Shown one piece after another: positions 1 to 9,787 of a stretch of 32,463 nt of DNA. The first letter of the stretch is position 1, and the number at the start of each line of letters is the position of its first letter. The position numbers were made by a program, and so were the translations under genes. The notes beneath the pieces are model-generated. The model was not told the origin of the DNA, did not search any database, and saw nothing but the letters and a program-made list of their open reading frames with translations. Source of the DNA: Promethearchaeota archaeon (GTDB taxonomy: Archaea > Asgardarchaeota > Lokiarchaeia > Sigyniarchaeales > SOKP01); the NCBI GenBank assembly GCA_004524535.1, contig SDNY01000032.1, forward strand, positions 1-32,463. The letters are read 5' to 3'.

Positions 1-153
1 AATTTAAAAAAATATTGAGAAATTTATACTACAAATGCATACAAGATAATCTTTCTTAATCTAGATTTACAAATGAATATATATATTTGTTTTTTATATT
101 TAGTTTTCTTCATTATATTTGTAAAGAAAAACGAAAATTGAGATTAAAAAATT

Positions 154-477
154 ATGGAAATTTCAGAAAATGAGATATTGGCAGTTGAGTTAATAAACAA
201 GAAGCATTCTATTGTAATTGAATCCGATAACCAAATAGAAGAAATTGTAAAAGCATTATCTAGTCAAACTAGACGCCAAATTTTACGACAAATCCAAAAT
301 GAGCCCATGGATGTAAGTAAAATTGCGGCGAAATTAGAAATGACTGAGGCAAATATATCTGCCCAAATAAAGAAATTGGAGAAAGCAGAATTAGTCTTAT
401 GTGAATACAAATCAGGACAGCACGGTGTAAGAAAAATTAGTCAATTACAATACGATGAAATAAAAATAAGATTTTAA
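154..477 (+). CDS. ArsR-family winged-helix transcriptional regulator
   Basis: 107 aa; KALSSQTRRQIL...MDVSKIAAKLEMTEANISAQIKKLEKAELV matches the ArsR/HTH_20 pattern. Confidence 0.85.
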   Translation: MEISENEILAVELINKKHSIVIESDNQIEEIVKALSSQTRRQILRQIQNEPMDVSKIAAKLEMTEANISAQIKKLEKAELVLCEYKSGQHGVRKISQLQYDEIKIRF

Positions 478-549
478 TGTTTCAATATTCTTGATTACGA
501 TAAAGAACCAAATATTAATTAAATTTAACTTTCTTAAACTATTCAAATA

Positions 550-2103
550 TTATTTTTCTGAAGTTAATATAACTTCTTCCTGTGGAGTCGATATTGAAAT
601 GTTATTAACAATATTTTCTATATTTTTTTTATAATTATTCATTCCTATTAATTCCTCAGAAATTATACGGTGTGTCATTCCATTCATATGGAGCATGCTA
701 AGACCACCTTTAATTCCTTGCGTACCCAATCGTAATATACATTTAAGCATCCAATTGAATTTACCAAAAGGATTGAGATATTCCTTAAGCCTTTTTTTGA
801 ACCAGACGCTGTCTAAATAATAATAAGAATATGCTTCCGCTACTAAACGATACAATTCTATATTTGTTAATTGATCAGTTCGCATCATAGAATGAAAAAG
901 ATCATAATGCTTGTAATTGTGGCTTGTAATCATGCCTTTAGCTTTCATCTCGTCGTAAAAAGGAGTTCCAGGGAAGGCAGTTATTGGAGTAAATTGTACG
1001 CAATCCATATCAAGTGATTTAGCGTATTGGATATTTTGTCGTACCATTGTCTTTGTTTCTCCTGGAAAGCCAATTATTACCCCTCCGAAAATTGAGATTC
1101 CTCTGTCTCTCAACATTTGTATAACTTTTCTTACCATGATAGGAGTTAAGTTTTTTTTATTCATGGCATTAAGACTTTGTTGATGAACAGATTCAACCCC
1201 TAAGAAAACTTGCCTAAAATTCGCTTTTTCCAAAAGATCTATTAGCCATGGATTGCGATATAGAGTATCAACTCGAGATTGACAACTAAATTGAATTTTA
1301 TTATTAACTCCTGAGCGTATGATTGTGTCTAATATTTTATGAGTACGTTTAACATTAATAGTAAAATTATCCTCGCAGAAGAATATAAAATCATTTTTCC
1401 AATCAATATCATAGATTTCTTTCATAATTCTTCGTAGGCTCTTTGTTCGATATACAATATGTTGAGTTGGATCTTTCCACATTTTAATTATACAACAGAA
1501 TTTACAATTATGTGGACAACCCCTTGAGGTCTCTATTTGTTGGGTTGTTGTACCCAAATAAGTGTAGAGTTTACCTTTTAAAAGATCTCGGTTTGGCATA
1601 GGAAAATTGTCTAAATTAGATTCTAATTTTCTGTCGTTGTTATGAATAACGTTCCCTTCTTTATTTTTATAAGAGACACCATCAATATCCTTTATAGAGA
1701 CGTTATTTTTATTACCATCAATAAAATCTATAATTTCTTTAAATGTGTGTTCACCCTCTCCTCGAACTGTATAATCGATATCGGGATTTTTAGCCACAAA
1801 TTCTGGTACCAAGGTTGGGTGATATCCTCCTAAAATTGTAGTACACCCCTGTTCCTTAGCCATTTTTGCCACTTCAAAAGCATGATAAATTTGAGGTGTC
1901 ATACTAGTTATCGCAATTACATCATATCGATTTAATTCACGACGGAATCGCTTTTCTCGATATTTATCAACTTTAAAGTCAAATAATTTTGCTTCGTGTT
2001 CAGGAACCATAGCTGCAATTGAAATGAGACTTAATGGAGCCCCTTTAATGATAGCATCCATTCCTGATTCTATTCTCGCAGGATTAATATATAATATTTT
2101 CAC
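550..2103 (-). CDS. B12-binding domain radical SAM protein
   Basis: N-terminal cobalamin-binding domain (ILGGYHPT, VRGEGE) followed by ETSRGCPHNCKFC (CxxxCxxC), LGVES and IIGFPGET. GTG start preceded by GAGGA. Confidence 0.9.
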   Translation of the reverse strand: MKILYINPARIESGMDAIIKGAPLSLISIAAMVPEHEAKLFDFKVDKYREKRFRRELNRYDVIAITSMTPQIYHAFEVAKMAKEQGCTTILGGYHPTLVPEFVAKNPDIDYTVRGEGEHTFKEIIDFIDGNKNNVSIKDIDGVSYKNKEGNVIHNNDRKLESNLDNFPMPNRDLLKGKLYTYLGTTTQQIETSRGCPHNCKFCCIIKMWKDPTQHIVYRTKSLRRIMKEIYDIDWKNDFIFFCEDNFTINVKRTHKILDTIIRSGVNNKIQFSCQSRVDTLYRNPWLIDLLEKANFRQVFLGVESVHQQSLNAMNKKNLTPIMVRKVIQMLRDRGISIFGGVIIGFPGETKTMVRQNIQYAKSLDMDCVQFTPITAFPGTPFYDEMKAKGMITSHNYKHYDLFHSMMRTDQLTNIELYRLVAEAYSYYYLDSVWFKKRLKEYLNPFGKFNWMLKCILRLGTQGIKGGLSMLHMNGMTHRIISEELIGMNNYKKNIENIVNNISISTPQEEVILTSEK

Positions 2104-2249
2104 TTATATCCTCACATAATCAATTTTAAATTTTTAGGGTTAATTAAATGTATCAAAAAATTTAATAGGTAAAAATTAAATTTCCATAAAAAACAATTGT
2201 TAAATATATTGAATTTAAATTACTTTATAAACTTGTAGATAATAGAATA

Positions 2250-3395
2250 CTAAGTTTCTAAGAAGTTAGAAATTAAAGTATTTTTAATTTCTTCGAAGTG
2301 TCCTAAATTTACTTTCAGTAAATCGACTAAAGTCTCTTGAAGACCAATTTTATCAATTTTTTTAGTAATTTTAAGATATGGCGTTTGTTTTAACGCTTTA
2401 ACTAATAATTTATTTTTTTCGCAATCTTTTAAAAGGAATTCAATAGAATTTATTTCTTGGAAATTTATCAATTTTTGAAGGAAAGACAACAGCATTGTAT
2501 CAAATGTTATCCTCATTATATCCTCTTTATCGAAATCGGTTTTTTTAGAAATTAAATAAGTTTTCAGCAAGTTTATAGATTCTTTAAACAATTTAATAGA
2601 GTCAACACCGAGCTCTTTTATTTTCTCATTGTAAGCTCGATCTTTAGAAACTGTTAAGCATAATGCGGCAACGGTTTGATATTCAGCAACAAAATGTATA
2701 AATCGGGCTTTAGCATTAAGCATTGAATCTTTAGATTTTTCCTCATCAATAATTTCTCCCAAATTTTTTAGGGATTTTCTAAAATAAGTAGCAATATCGT
2801 AAAATTTGTTTGCTGCAGCTCCAAATTCTTCCATAACTAATAAATTATGTGCCCGCTTTTCCTCTAATTCATAGAGCTCGTCAAATTCATTCATTTTCAT
2901 TACCGCTTTCAAAATCAAACGTTTTCCATATTTCTTTTTAGAATGAGATTTTTCAAAGACCTGCCCTGCTTTCAACAGAAATAGAGAAGAGACGTTCTTA
3001 AATTCCTCAGAGTCCTCCTCTTGAAGGTGCTCAGAAGCGCGTTCCCAACTTTCACCCGCTGTTTCCCAATCGTTCATTTTATAAGAAATATTGCCTAATT
3101 GTATTAACAGTTTAGCAGAGATTTCATTAAGTTTTAATTCTTCTGTTTTTCTTAAGATTAGTTTTAATCGATTTACAGCATGAATGTTATGTTTGAATCT
3201 TGAGATTATTTCAGCAATTCTTATATATAAATCATCTAACTCGAGATATGAACCTAGATCAAGATAAATTTGAGCTGCTTGTTCGTAAAATTTTATTGCT
3301 TCCTCGCCATTCCCGGAATCTGCAAGATCTTCAGCTTTATCTATTAGTTGAATTGCTTCGATTTCTTTTTGTTCTCTGTCGTAGTTATTAATCAT
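2250..3395 (-). CDS. Alpha-helical repeat (TPR / alpha-SNAP-like) protein
   Basis: 381 aa; repeated helical motifs EEAIKFYEQAAQIY, ETAGESWERASEHL and GAAANKFYDIATYF. Confidence 0.6.
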   Translation of the reverse strand: MINNYDREQKEIEAIQLIDKAEDLADSGNGEEAIKFYEQAAQIYLDLGSYLELDDLYIRIAEIISRFKHNIHAVNRLKLILRKTEELKLNEISAKLLIQLGNISYKMNDWETAGESWERASEHLQEEDSEEFKNVSSLFLLKAGQVFEKSHSKKKYGKRLILKAVMKMNEFDELYELEEKRAHNLLVMEEFGAAANKFYDIATYFRKSLKNLGEIIDEEKSKDSMLNAKARFIHFVAEYQTVAALCLTVSKDRAYNEKIKELGVDSIKLFKESINLLKTYLISKKTDFDKEDIMRITFDTMLLSFLQKLINFQEINSIEFLLKDCEKNKLLVKALKQTPYLKITKKIDKIGLQETLVDLLKVNLGHFEEIKNTLISNFLET

Positions 3396-3469
3396 TTGCT
3401 CTATTTAGAATTTTTTCAATAATTGTTTTTAAAAAATTTATTATTATAATATAGTTAAATTTAGTTTTT

Positions 3470-4354
3470 TTATAGTTTATCAAGTAGTTTAATATTCTTA
3501 TTTTTCAGTAAATTTTTGAACTCTAAAGCTTGATAAGTTGAAGCAAAACTTTCTTTGGCGTCTTCAATGGCTCCGTAAAAAATAAAATTTGAAAACCATG
3601 AAGCTATAAACATTATACTTGCCCTTCTATAGCGAGTATGGAATTTTACATTTAATCGAGGTGAAGAATATTTGAATAGAAAAAGGTTTGGTGCGGTGCC
3701 AACCGGGAGTTTTAATGAGGTACAGATTAACTGTTGAGTCTCTAATATGTGAGCTAAACTCTCTAGAGTGATAACACCTCCATCAATCCATATTTTCTCA
3801 ATACCTAAATTGTTTAATCCTTCTAATAAATTATTATTAGTAGATTCGTTTTTCTTAGTTATATATGCATACCTTTGAGTGGATGTCATATTTTCTGAGC
3901 CAAGAATCAATACTACAACAGAGTTAATTTTATATTTTTGAAGAATTTCAATTTCTTTTTTATTTTTAAGGTTTGAAATCGCATTATATATATATTCTTC
4001 TGGGTTAATACCCCTTTCTCTAAGATATTCAATTCCTGCAACCCGTGCGTCAAATGATCCCCCTAAAACGAATGGAGTTTCAAAATGATCTAAATAAAAT
4101 TCCAGATATTTTATCATCGCTTTTGGCGTGGTTCCCGAGATTTCTATTAAATCTGGCAAATTATATTTTTTGGCTAAAGATTTTTGTGTTAAAATTCGTT
4201 TTTTTGCCTTCTCTTCATTAAAAATTTCTTCATTTTTTCGATCTAGTAAAGTTTGTCCTTGATAAAAAAGAGTTCCTATCAATATAGGGGGAAGTTCAAA
4301 ATTTCCTCGACCCAATTTTATATTACCGTATAGATATGGACTAAAATCTGTCAT
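3470..4354 (-). CDS. mtrH: MtrH-like tetrahydromethanopterin methyltransferase (pterin-binding TIM barrel)
   Basis: PPILIGTLFYQG, EYIYNAIS, LPVGTAPN and FIFYGAIE resemble MtrH motifs (PTVLxGTIFY, IYNSI, PVGxGxHN, LYGPIE). Divergent, with no other mtr genes adjacent. Confidence 0.7.
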   Translation of the reverse strand: MTDFSPYLYGNIKLGRGNFELPPILIGTLFYQGQTLLDRKNEEIFNEEKAKKRILTQKSLAKKYNLPDLIEISGTTPKAMIKYLEFYLDHFETPFVLGGSFDARVAGIEYLRERGINPEEYIYNAISNLKNKKEIEILQKYKINSVVVLILGSENMTSTQRYAYITKKNESTNNNLLEGLNNLGIEKIWIDGGVITLESLAHILETQQLICTSLKLPVGTAPNLFLFKYSSPRLNVKFHTRYRRASIMFIASWFSNFIFYGAIEDAKESFASTYQALEFKNLLKNKNIKLLDKL

Positions 4355-4471
4355 CTTCCAACTGGCTTTTAATAGTTTTTAATTTTGATCTGTTATCATT
4401 AAAATTATGAAGCAATATTTAAGAATTAATAATTACATACAAAAATAATTAAACTTTTTTATTATATAAGC

Positions 4472-5671
4472 TTAATAAAGGTGCAATTTAACTCCACATC
4501 TCTTGCATCGTCCATTCTCTAAGTTTTGAAAGCATTCTACATGATATAGCGTTTCACATTCCGGGTTACCGCATTTAACAACTTGTTGATTTTCTTCAAA
4601 GATATAAGAACAAACTGGACAAGATTTATAAATCGCATCAGCCCCTAACTCTGAGATATTCTCTAGACGTGCGGGAACAACTTCAGATTTTTGAGAACCT
4701 TCTTGCTTTTGATACTTGGTTCCTGATAAGGAACGTAGTTTTTGTGCTTGAGTTACCTCTGAGGGAATTTTTAATAAATAAAAGCAGTGAGGGCATCTAC
4801 ATGTTCCTGATTCTATCAGCGAATTATCTGATTGAGACATTGCCCATCCGCCTAGACAATGAATATGGTATGGCGTTTGACAATTTGGGCAATATCGACC
4901 AGTAAGAAAGAAATTACCTTTGGTTGTGGGATCCTCTTCTTGAAAACAGATAGAACACTTTTTAAAATCCCCCTCACCTCTTAGTTGTTTTATTCTTAAT
5001 TCTTGTGATTCAGTTAAATCTTGAACTCTTAATAGATTAGCAGCGATTTTTCTAAGAAAAGTTGGATTTTCAGAAAGAGATTCCATTCCTAATCCTGAAA
5101 CTTTAATATTTGAAGCAGCAAAATCTTGAGCAGAATCGATTAATGATTTATAATTATTTCCGTAATAATATCTTCCTTTGGTAAGATCAGTTAATCTTTT
5201 CAGAATATTAAGTTGACCTATCACACCTATTCTGAAAGCGTCAATTTTTATACTAAGCCCTCTCGCAAGTTGAGCCATTTTCATAGGATCAATAGCGGAT
5301 TGAGTATAATTACCATCAGAAATTATAAGAATTCTAGGAATATTAGCCATAACTTTTCGTAATTCTGCGATTAAGACTTTAATCGAAATTCCTAATCCAT
5401 CTGCCATATTAGACTTTCCTCCAATAGTAAGCGAGTCTAATATCTCAATGATTTGATCTTCAAAATTGGTAAAATCTAAAACCTTCTGAGCGCTATCTGA
5501 AAATTTTACAATTGCAAAAGCACTTTTACTATCTTTTTCAAATCTTGTCTTAATTAGTTCTTTTATGGCATTTATGCAACAGGAGAACCTATTGGGTTCA
5601 TAATCAGTTCTAAACATACTTCTGCTTGTATCTAAGCAAATAACAACATTTTCAGAGACTCTACTTGGCAT
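4472..5671 (-). CDS. VWA-domain protein with two C-terminal C4HC3 RING/PHD-like zinc fingers (Ssl1/p44- or Rpn10-like VWA)
   Basis: VICLDTSRSM (MIDAS DxSxS), DYEPNR, IISDG; fingers CSIC..CPNC.YHIHC..CPHC and CPVC..CGNPEC..YHVEC..CKRC. Confidence 0.8.
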   Translation of the reverse strand: MPSRVSENVVICLDTSRSMFRTDYEPNRFSCCINAIKELIKTRFEKDSKSAFAIVKFSDSAQKVLDFTNFEDQIIEILDSLTIGGKSNMADGLGISIKVLIAELRKVMANIPRILIISDGNYTQSAIDPMKMAQLARGLSIKIDAFRIGVIGQLNILKRLTDLTKGRYYYGNNYKSLIDSAQDFAASNIKVSGLGMESLSENPTFLRKIAANLLRVQDLTESQELRIKQLRGEGDFKKCSICFQEEDPTTKGNFFLTGRYCPNCQTPYHIHCLGGWAMSQSDNSLIESGTCRCPHCFYLLKIPSEVTQAQKLRSLSGTKYQKQEGSQKSEVVPARLENISELGADAIYKSCPVCSYIFEENQQVVKCGNPECETLYHVECFQNLENGRCKRCGVKLHLY

Positions 5672-5709
5672 GTTCTCAGAAACTTTTAGTAAACTATCTT
5701 TTTTATATA

Positions 5710-5817
5710 TCTTAATTTATAAAGATAGATCCTTTAAGGTAAAATAATGCTTTTAATTATAATTCTTTTATTATAAAAAATTTTTTGCGAAATTTTTATT
5801 TATAAAATAAACAATTA
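5710..5817. repeat. Degenerate direct repeat, copy 1 (flanks LRR gene)
   Basis: TCTTAATTTATAAA..AAAATAATGCTTTTAATT..CGAAATTTTTATTTAT..ATAAACAATTA is collinear with 8151..8249. Confidence 0.75.
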
Positions 5818-6025
5818 TAGTTTATCTAAGTAATTACTTTACATTAATTATCAAACAATAGATTGAAATCCATAAGGCTCAAGGAACATTATTAACCAAT
5901 TTATTTCGTGTAATAATTAAGAAGAAAAATTTGTAAGATTTGTGAAATTTAAATAATTAAATAGATAAATGTAAGTAAAGACAAAAATAAAATTTATTAT
6001 GAAAGAATTCAAGGTAAATTAGTGT

Positions 6026-8104
6026 ATGAACAGAGAAGAATTTGAGCTTATATCCAAAGTGATTGAAACAGGTAATATCGCAAAAATCCAAGAAACGATC
6101 ATATTGGAGGGAGACTTTTTGAAACTAAAGGATTTACACATTCTAAGGGAAAGATTAGATTCTAAAGTTGAAAGCTTTGTATTTCTTGACGCAGAGCATC
6201 CAAACAAACTAAATTTGATTAGAGACCCTAATGTTATTTTGTTTCTGGGAGAAGACAAACTAATTGAGATCTTTCGTAGACACTTAATTATTGAAGATGA
6301 TAATAGAAGGCGGGTAAATTGGGAAATCATTAAGAATATAGAAGCAATTTATTATGAAGCACCAGAGATCCTTAAACAGATTGATTGTCCAGATAAAGAA
6401 TTAAAGCTCAAGAAAATTGAAGAATTGGGAAGAAAAGCCATTGATTTGATAAAACCAATCTTTATTGAACTTATGGATGATAAAGAATTTCGAATTGATC
6501 TTGATGGACACAAAGTAATTTACAATCTATATTTTTTTATTGGAAAAAAGGCTGTTATAGAAGCACTTAAGACAATGAGAGCATGCAAAGGAATTATATT
6601 ATATGGAGATTCTTATTATATTGAATCAAATTTAGGTGACGATATTAATATCGGACTAGGTAGCGATGATTATGATTATCAGAAATTATCAGAAAGAGTA
6701 TTTATGAATTTTTTCAACATTTTTAAAAATATAATCAGCAAAAAGGATGTTGAATTTTCATGGTTCGACAGGATATTTAGCATATTAGGACCGACTTATT
6801 ATGGTCATAAAAAGAATTTTATACTTCAGTACCTAGATGAACTCTTAAATCAAGAAAAGAAAAGATTTATTGAATTAATTCAGGAAGCAGATTATATATT
6901 TAAAAATAGAAATTCAATTAAATTTGCTCATTCTATAGCAAAGCATTTTAAAATAGAAATTGATATTGAAGATAAATTTTCGGACGAAAAGAAAGAACCT
7001 TGGACACCAGAATTCTTTTATTCTTCAGAAATTAATGTATGTAAAAGATGTGGGAAAAAAAGGTGGACTTCCGAATGTTATAGATGTAAAGTATGGATAT
7101 GTAAGGCTTGTGAAGAAGACCATATTAATGAATATCACACAGAGATATGTGAGGAGGACATCAGTTTCTCCAATAATATCGAAGTCTTTAAAGTAAAATT
7201 TTATGAGAATGGTTTATGGGAGTGTACCTGCCCGACATGGGTAAATACAAAAGAAGATTGTGATCATATTGCACAATATAAGAGCCACTTTTTCGATCCT
7301 TCCTTCATTCCTGATAGTTACGACCATTATGATGAATATTCTGATCTTGAACCTCAGATGTTTAAGTTTTCTGAATTGATAAAAGAATATCCCAGATGGA
7401 TTTTGAAATATCTATTCGATAAATGGCGTCGGTCTTGCTCTAAAAGCCAGCTAGCAGAAATACTTGATACAAGTGTATATATGATAAACAAACTTTTGAA
7501 GAAAATAGATGAGTTTCAGGAAAACAGAATTAATTCTATTTACCGTGATGTTGAATCAAATCTTCAAAATAAAGATTTAGAAATTTTATGGCTACCAACT
7601 GAGGCAACATTTGGAGAACTAACCTCACTTCCAGAAATCCCAGAAGATGTTAAATCTATAAAGTTCATAAATCTGGAAGGAAATCGCTTAGAATCCTTGC
7701 CTTCTTCAATTGGTAATTTCACAGCAGTAGAAAAAATTCAATTAAGATTTAATAAATTAAGATATTTACCAGAAGCCATTGGCAAACTTATAACTCTTAA
7801 AAAATTATATATGCAGTATAACCAACTAAGAGAACTTCCAGAATCGTTTGGAAATTTAACTCAATTAGAAAAACTAAAATTAAATAATAATATAATAAGG
7901 ATACTTCCGGAATCATTTGGTAATTTAAAATCACTTAAATATCTTAATCTTTCTAATAATAAATTAATTCGACTTCCCGATTCATTTCATAATTTAAAAT
8001 CACTTGAATATTTAAACTTAAGTTCTAATAAAAACCTCTATATAGAACATCTTATGGAATTCTTTAAAGAGTTAAAAGACAAGGGAGCTAAAATAAAATA
8101 TTAA
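6026..8104 (+). CDS. Leucine-rich repeat protein with central zinc-binding modules
   Basis: C-terminal 23-aa LRRs (LRELPESFGNLTQLEKLKLNNN); CKRC..CYRC..ICKACEEDH (B-box-like); WECTCP..DCDH (SWIM-like). Confidence 0.85.
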   Translation: MNREEFELISKVIETGNIAKIQETIILEGDFLKLKDLHILRERLDSKVESFVFLDAEHPNKLNLIRDPNVILFLGEDKLIEIFRRHLIIEDDNRRRVNWEIIKNIEAIYYEAPEILKQIDCPDKELKLKKIEELGRKAIDLIKPIFIELMDDKEFRIDLDGHKVIYNLYFFIGKKAVIEALKTMRACKGIILYGDSYYIESNLGDDINIGLGSDDYDYQKLSERVFMNFFNIFKNIISKKDVEFSWFDRIFSILGPTYYGHKKNFILQYLDELLNQEKKRFIELIQEADYIFKNRNSIKFAHSIAKHFKIEIDIEDKFSDEKKEPWTPEFFYSSEINVCKRCGKKRWTSECYRCKVWICKACEEDHINEYHTEICEEDISFSNNIEVFKVKFYENGLWECTCPTWVNTKEDCDHIAQYKSHFFDPSFIPDSYDHYDEYSDLEPQMFKFSELIKEYPRWILKYLFDKWRRSCSKSQLAEILDTSVYMINKLLKKIDEFQENRINSIYRDVESNLQNKDLEILWLPTEATFGELTSLPEIPEDVKSIKFINLEGNRLESLPSSIGNFTAVEKIQLRFNKLRYLPEAIGKLITLKKLYMQYNQLRELPESFGNLTQLEKLKLNNNIIRILPESFGNLKSLKYLNLSNNKLIRLPDSFHNLKSLEYLNLSSNKNLYIEHLMEFFKELKDKGAKIKY

Positions 8105-8150
8105 AATAATTGAAAAGAAATATTATAAGTAAAATGACTTAAATCTATCT

Positions 8151-8249
8151 TCTTAATTTATAAATATATATCTTTTTAGGCAAAATAATGCTTTTAATTT
8201 TATTAAAAAAATTTTTATACGAAATTTTTATTTATGAGATAAACAATTA
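8151..8249. repeat. Degenerate direct repeat, copy 2 (flanks LRR gene)
   Basis: Same ordered blocks as 5710..5817. Confidence 0.75.
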
Positions 8250-8340
8250 CTACTTAAAGCAATATTAATAAACATATTTTTAAAGAAGAAATTTATATCC
8301 TCATTTAATTAATAAAGAAAACAAAAAAGTCTGAGTTCCA

Positions 8341-9534
8341 ATGTCAAATATTCAGAAGATTAAAGATTTTTTTAAATCAAATGTTATTATTAATGAAATT
8401 AGAGAAGTTTTAGATTTTAAACCGGATACATTATTTGGTATTGATAAATATAATGCCGAAAAGCTTAAAGATTCAAATATTAAAACTATTTCAGATTTAG
8501 CGAATATAGACATCGATAATCCTCCTAAAGTAGATGTTCTACCTCAAATTTTAATTAAATGGATCAAGGTCGCTAAGGTTCTTGAAAAAGCAGTAAAAGA
8601 ACAATTAAAGGCACAAAAGAAACTTTTACTCATAGGATTGGATAACGGTGGCAAAACATCAATTTTAGCCGTTCTCCAAGATAAATTCTCAATTATTAAA
8701 GATCTATTACCTACAAGAGGTGTTTCGAGAGAGAAACTTGACTTCTTCGGATACCCTATCATCAGTTGGGATCTTGGAGGACAGGCGCAATACAGAGAAA
8801 AACTTTACTTTAACAAACCTGAATTATTTTTTGGAGAAGCAGATCTTATTCTATACGTTCTTGATGTACAAGATATTACAAGACTTGAAGAAGCGGCTAA
8901 TTACTTTAGTCAAGTATTAGACATTTTATTGGATTTAAAGGAGTTTCCCCCAATTTTAATAATTTTAAATAAATCAGATCAAGATGTTAGGCGAACCTTG
9001 ACGTGGCAGAAAAATGTAGATGTTATTAAAAGTAAATTTGATGTTATTCTTGACAGACATGAAAAGTTCAAAGCTGAATATTGTGATACTTCAATTTTTC
9101 AAAAAGAGACAATAATGCAAATGTTCAGTAATGCATTAATGAAAGTTTCCGAAACTTCTGAAATCGTAGAAAACATTCTTGAGGATTTTTCAACTCAAAT
9201 TGAAGGGAGAGCATTAAGTTTGATCTCAATGGATGGATTAATTTTTGGAAATTATTTTAAAATAAAAACAGATGAGATATTAGTTAATAATTCAGCCTTG
9301 TTATTACAAACGCTTTCCAACTTTCATAATTCTCTTGGTTTACTCAGGGAAAAGAGTATATCTTTAGAACTTCCTTTAAATAATTTAACAATTCGCGGAG
9401 AAAAGTTATTTGAATATTCTGAGTTAGAGATTCCAGTTTACCTATGGCTCCTCTCGGATAACCCAGAAAAATTAGATGAAAAATTAGATTTTTTTAGATC
9501 GCAACTGCTACCATTAATTAATTTGTTCATTTAA
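8341..9534 (+). CDS. Arf-family small GTPase with N-terminal HhH-like domain and C-terminal roadblock-like domain
   Basis: G1 GLDNGGKTS, G2 PTRG, G3 WDLGGQ, G4 NKSD; N-terminal LFGIDKYNAEKLKDSNIKTISDLA; C-terminal RALSLISMDGLIFG. Confidence 0.85.
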   Translation: MSNIQKIKDFFKSNVIINEIREVLDFKPDTLFGIDKYNAEKLKDSNIKTISDLANIDIDNPPKVDVLPQILIKWIKVAKVLEKAVKEQLKAQKKLLLIGLDNGGKTSILAVLQDKFSIIKDLLPTRGVSREKLDFFGYPIISWDLGGQAQYREKLYFNKPELFFGEADLILYVLDVQDITRLEEAANYFSQVLDILLDLKEFPPILIILNKSDQDVRRTLTWQKNVDVIKSKFDVILDRHEKFKAEYCDTSIFQKETIMQMFSNALMKVSETSEIVENILEDFSTQIEGRALSLISMDGLIFGNYFKIKTDEILVNNSALLLQTLSNFHNSLGLLREKSISLELPLNNLTIRGEKLFEYSELEIPVYLWLLSDNPEKLDEKLDFFRSQLLPLINLFI

Positions 9535-9571
9535 ATTTTAAATTAAAATTTCTTCTAATTTCAATTTAAAT

Positions 9572-9787
9572 TTATTCTAAATCCTTTTGAGCATCGAGCA
9601 AATATTTACTAGATTTCTCCATCATTTCTATTGCTTTATCTAAATTTTCAACGACGCTTTTTAATCCTTTAACTTCTGCGATATTCCGCCATTTTAGAAA
9701 ATTTTCTTTATGCGAATCATTATGATTTGCCCAATGTTGGCATAATTTCGATAATTTTAAAATATCTTTATCTTTTTTAGTAAAAAT
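9572..9787 (-). CDS. Small helical His-motif protein (HWxxHNxxH), not in the ORF track; start uncertain
   Basis: Manual translation IFTKKDKDILKLSKLCQHWANHNDSHKENFLKWRNIAEVKGLKSVVENLDKAIEMMEKSSKYLLDAQKDLE*. Directly downstream of cdhA on the same strand. No in-frame ATG/GTG/TTG at the 5' end. Confidence 0.7.
   Translation of the reverse strand: MFTKKDKDILKLSKLCQHWANHNDSHKENFLKWRNIAEVKGLKSVVENLDKAIEMMEKSSKYLLDAQKDLE

Noticed and set aside
7830-8020. 69-nt periodic DNA repeats as a non-coding array or diversity-generating target
   Set aside because: Explained by the 23-aa LRR units; no template repeat or reverse transcriptase is seen.
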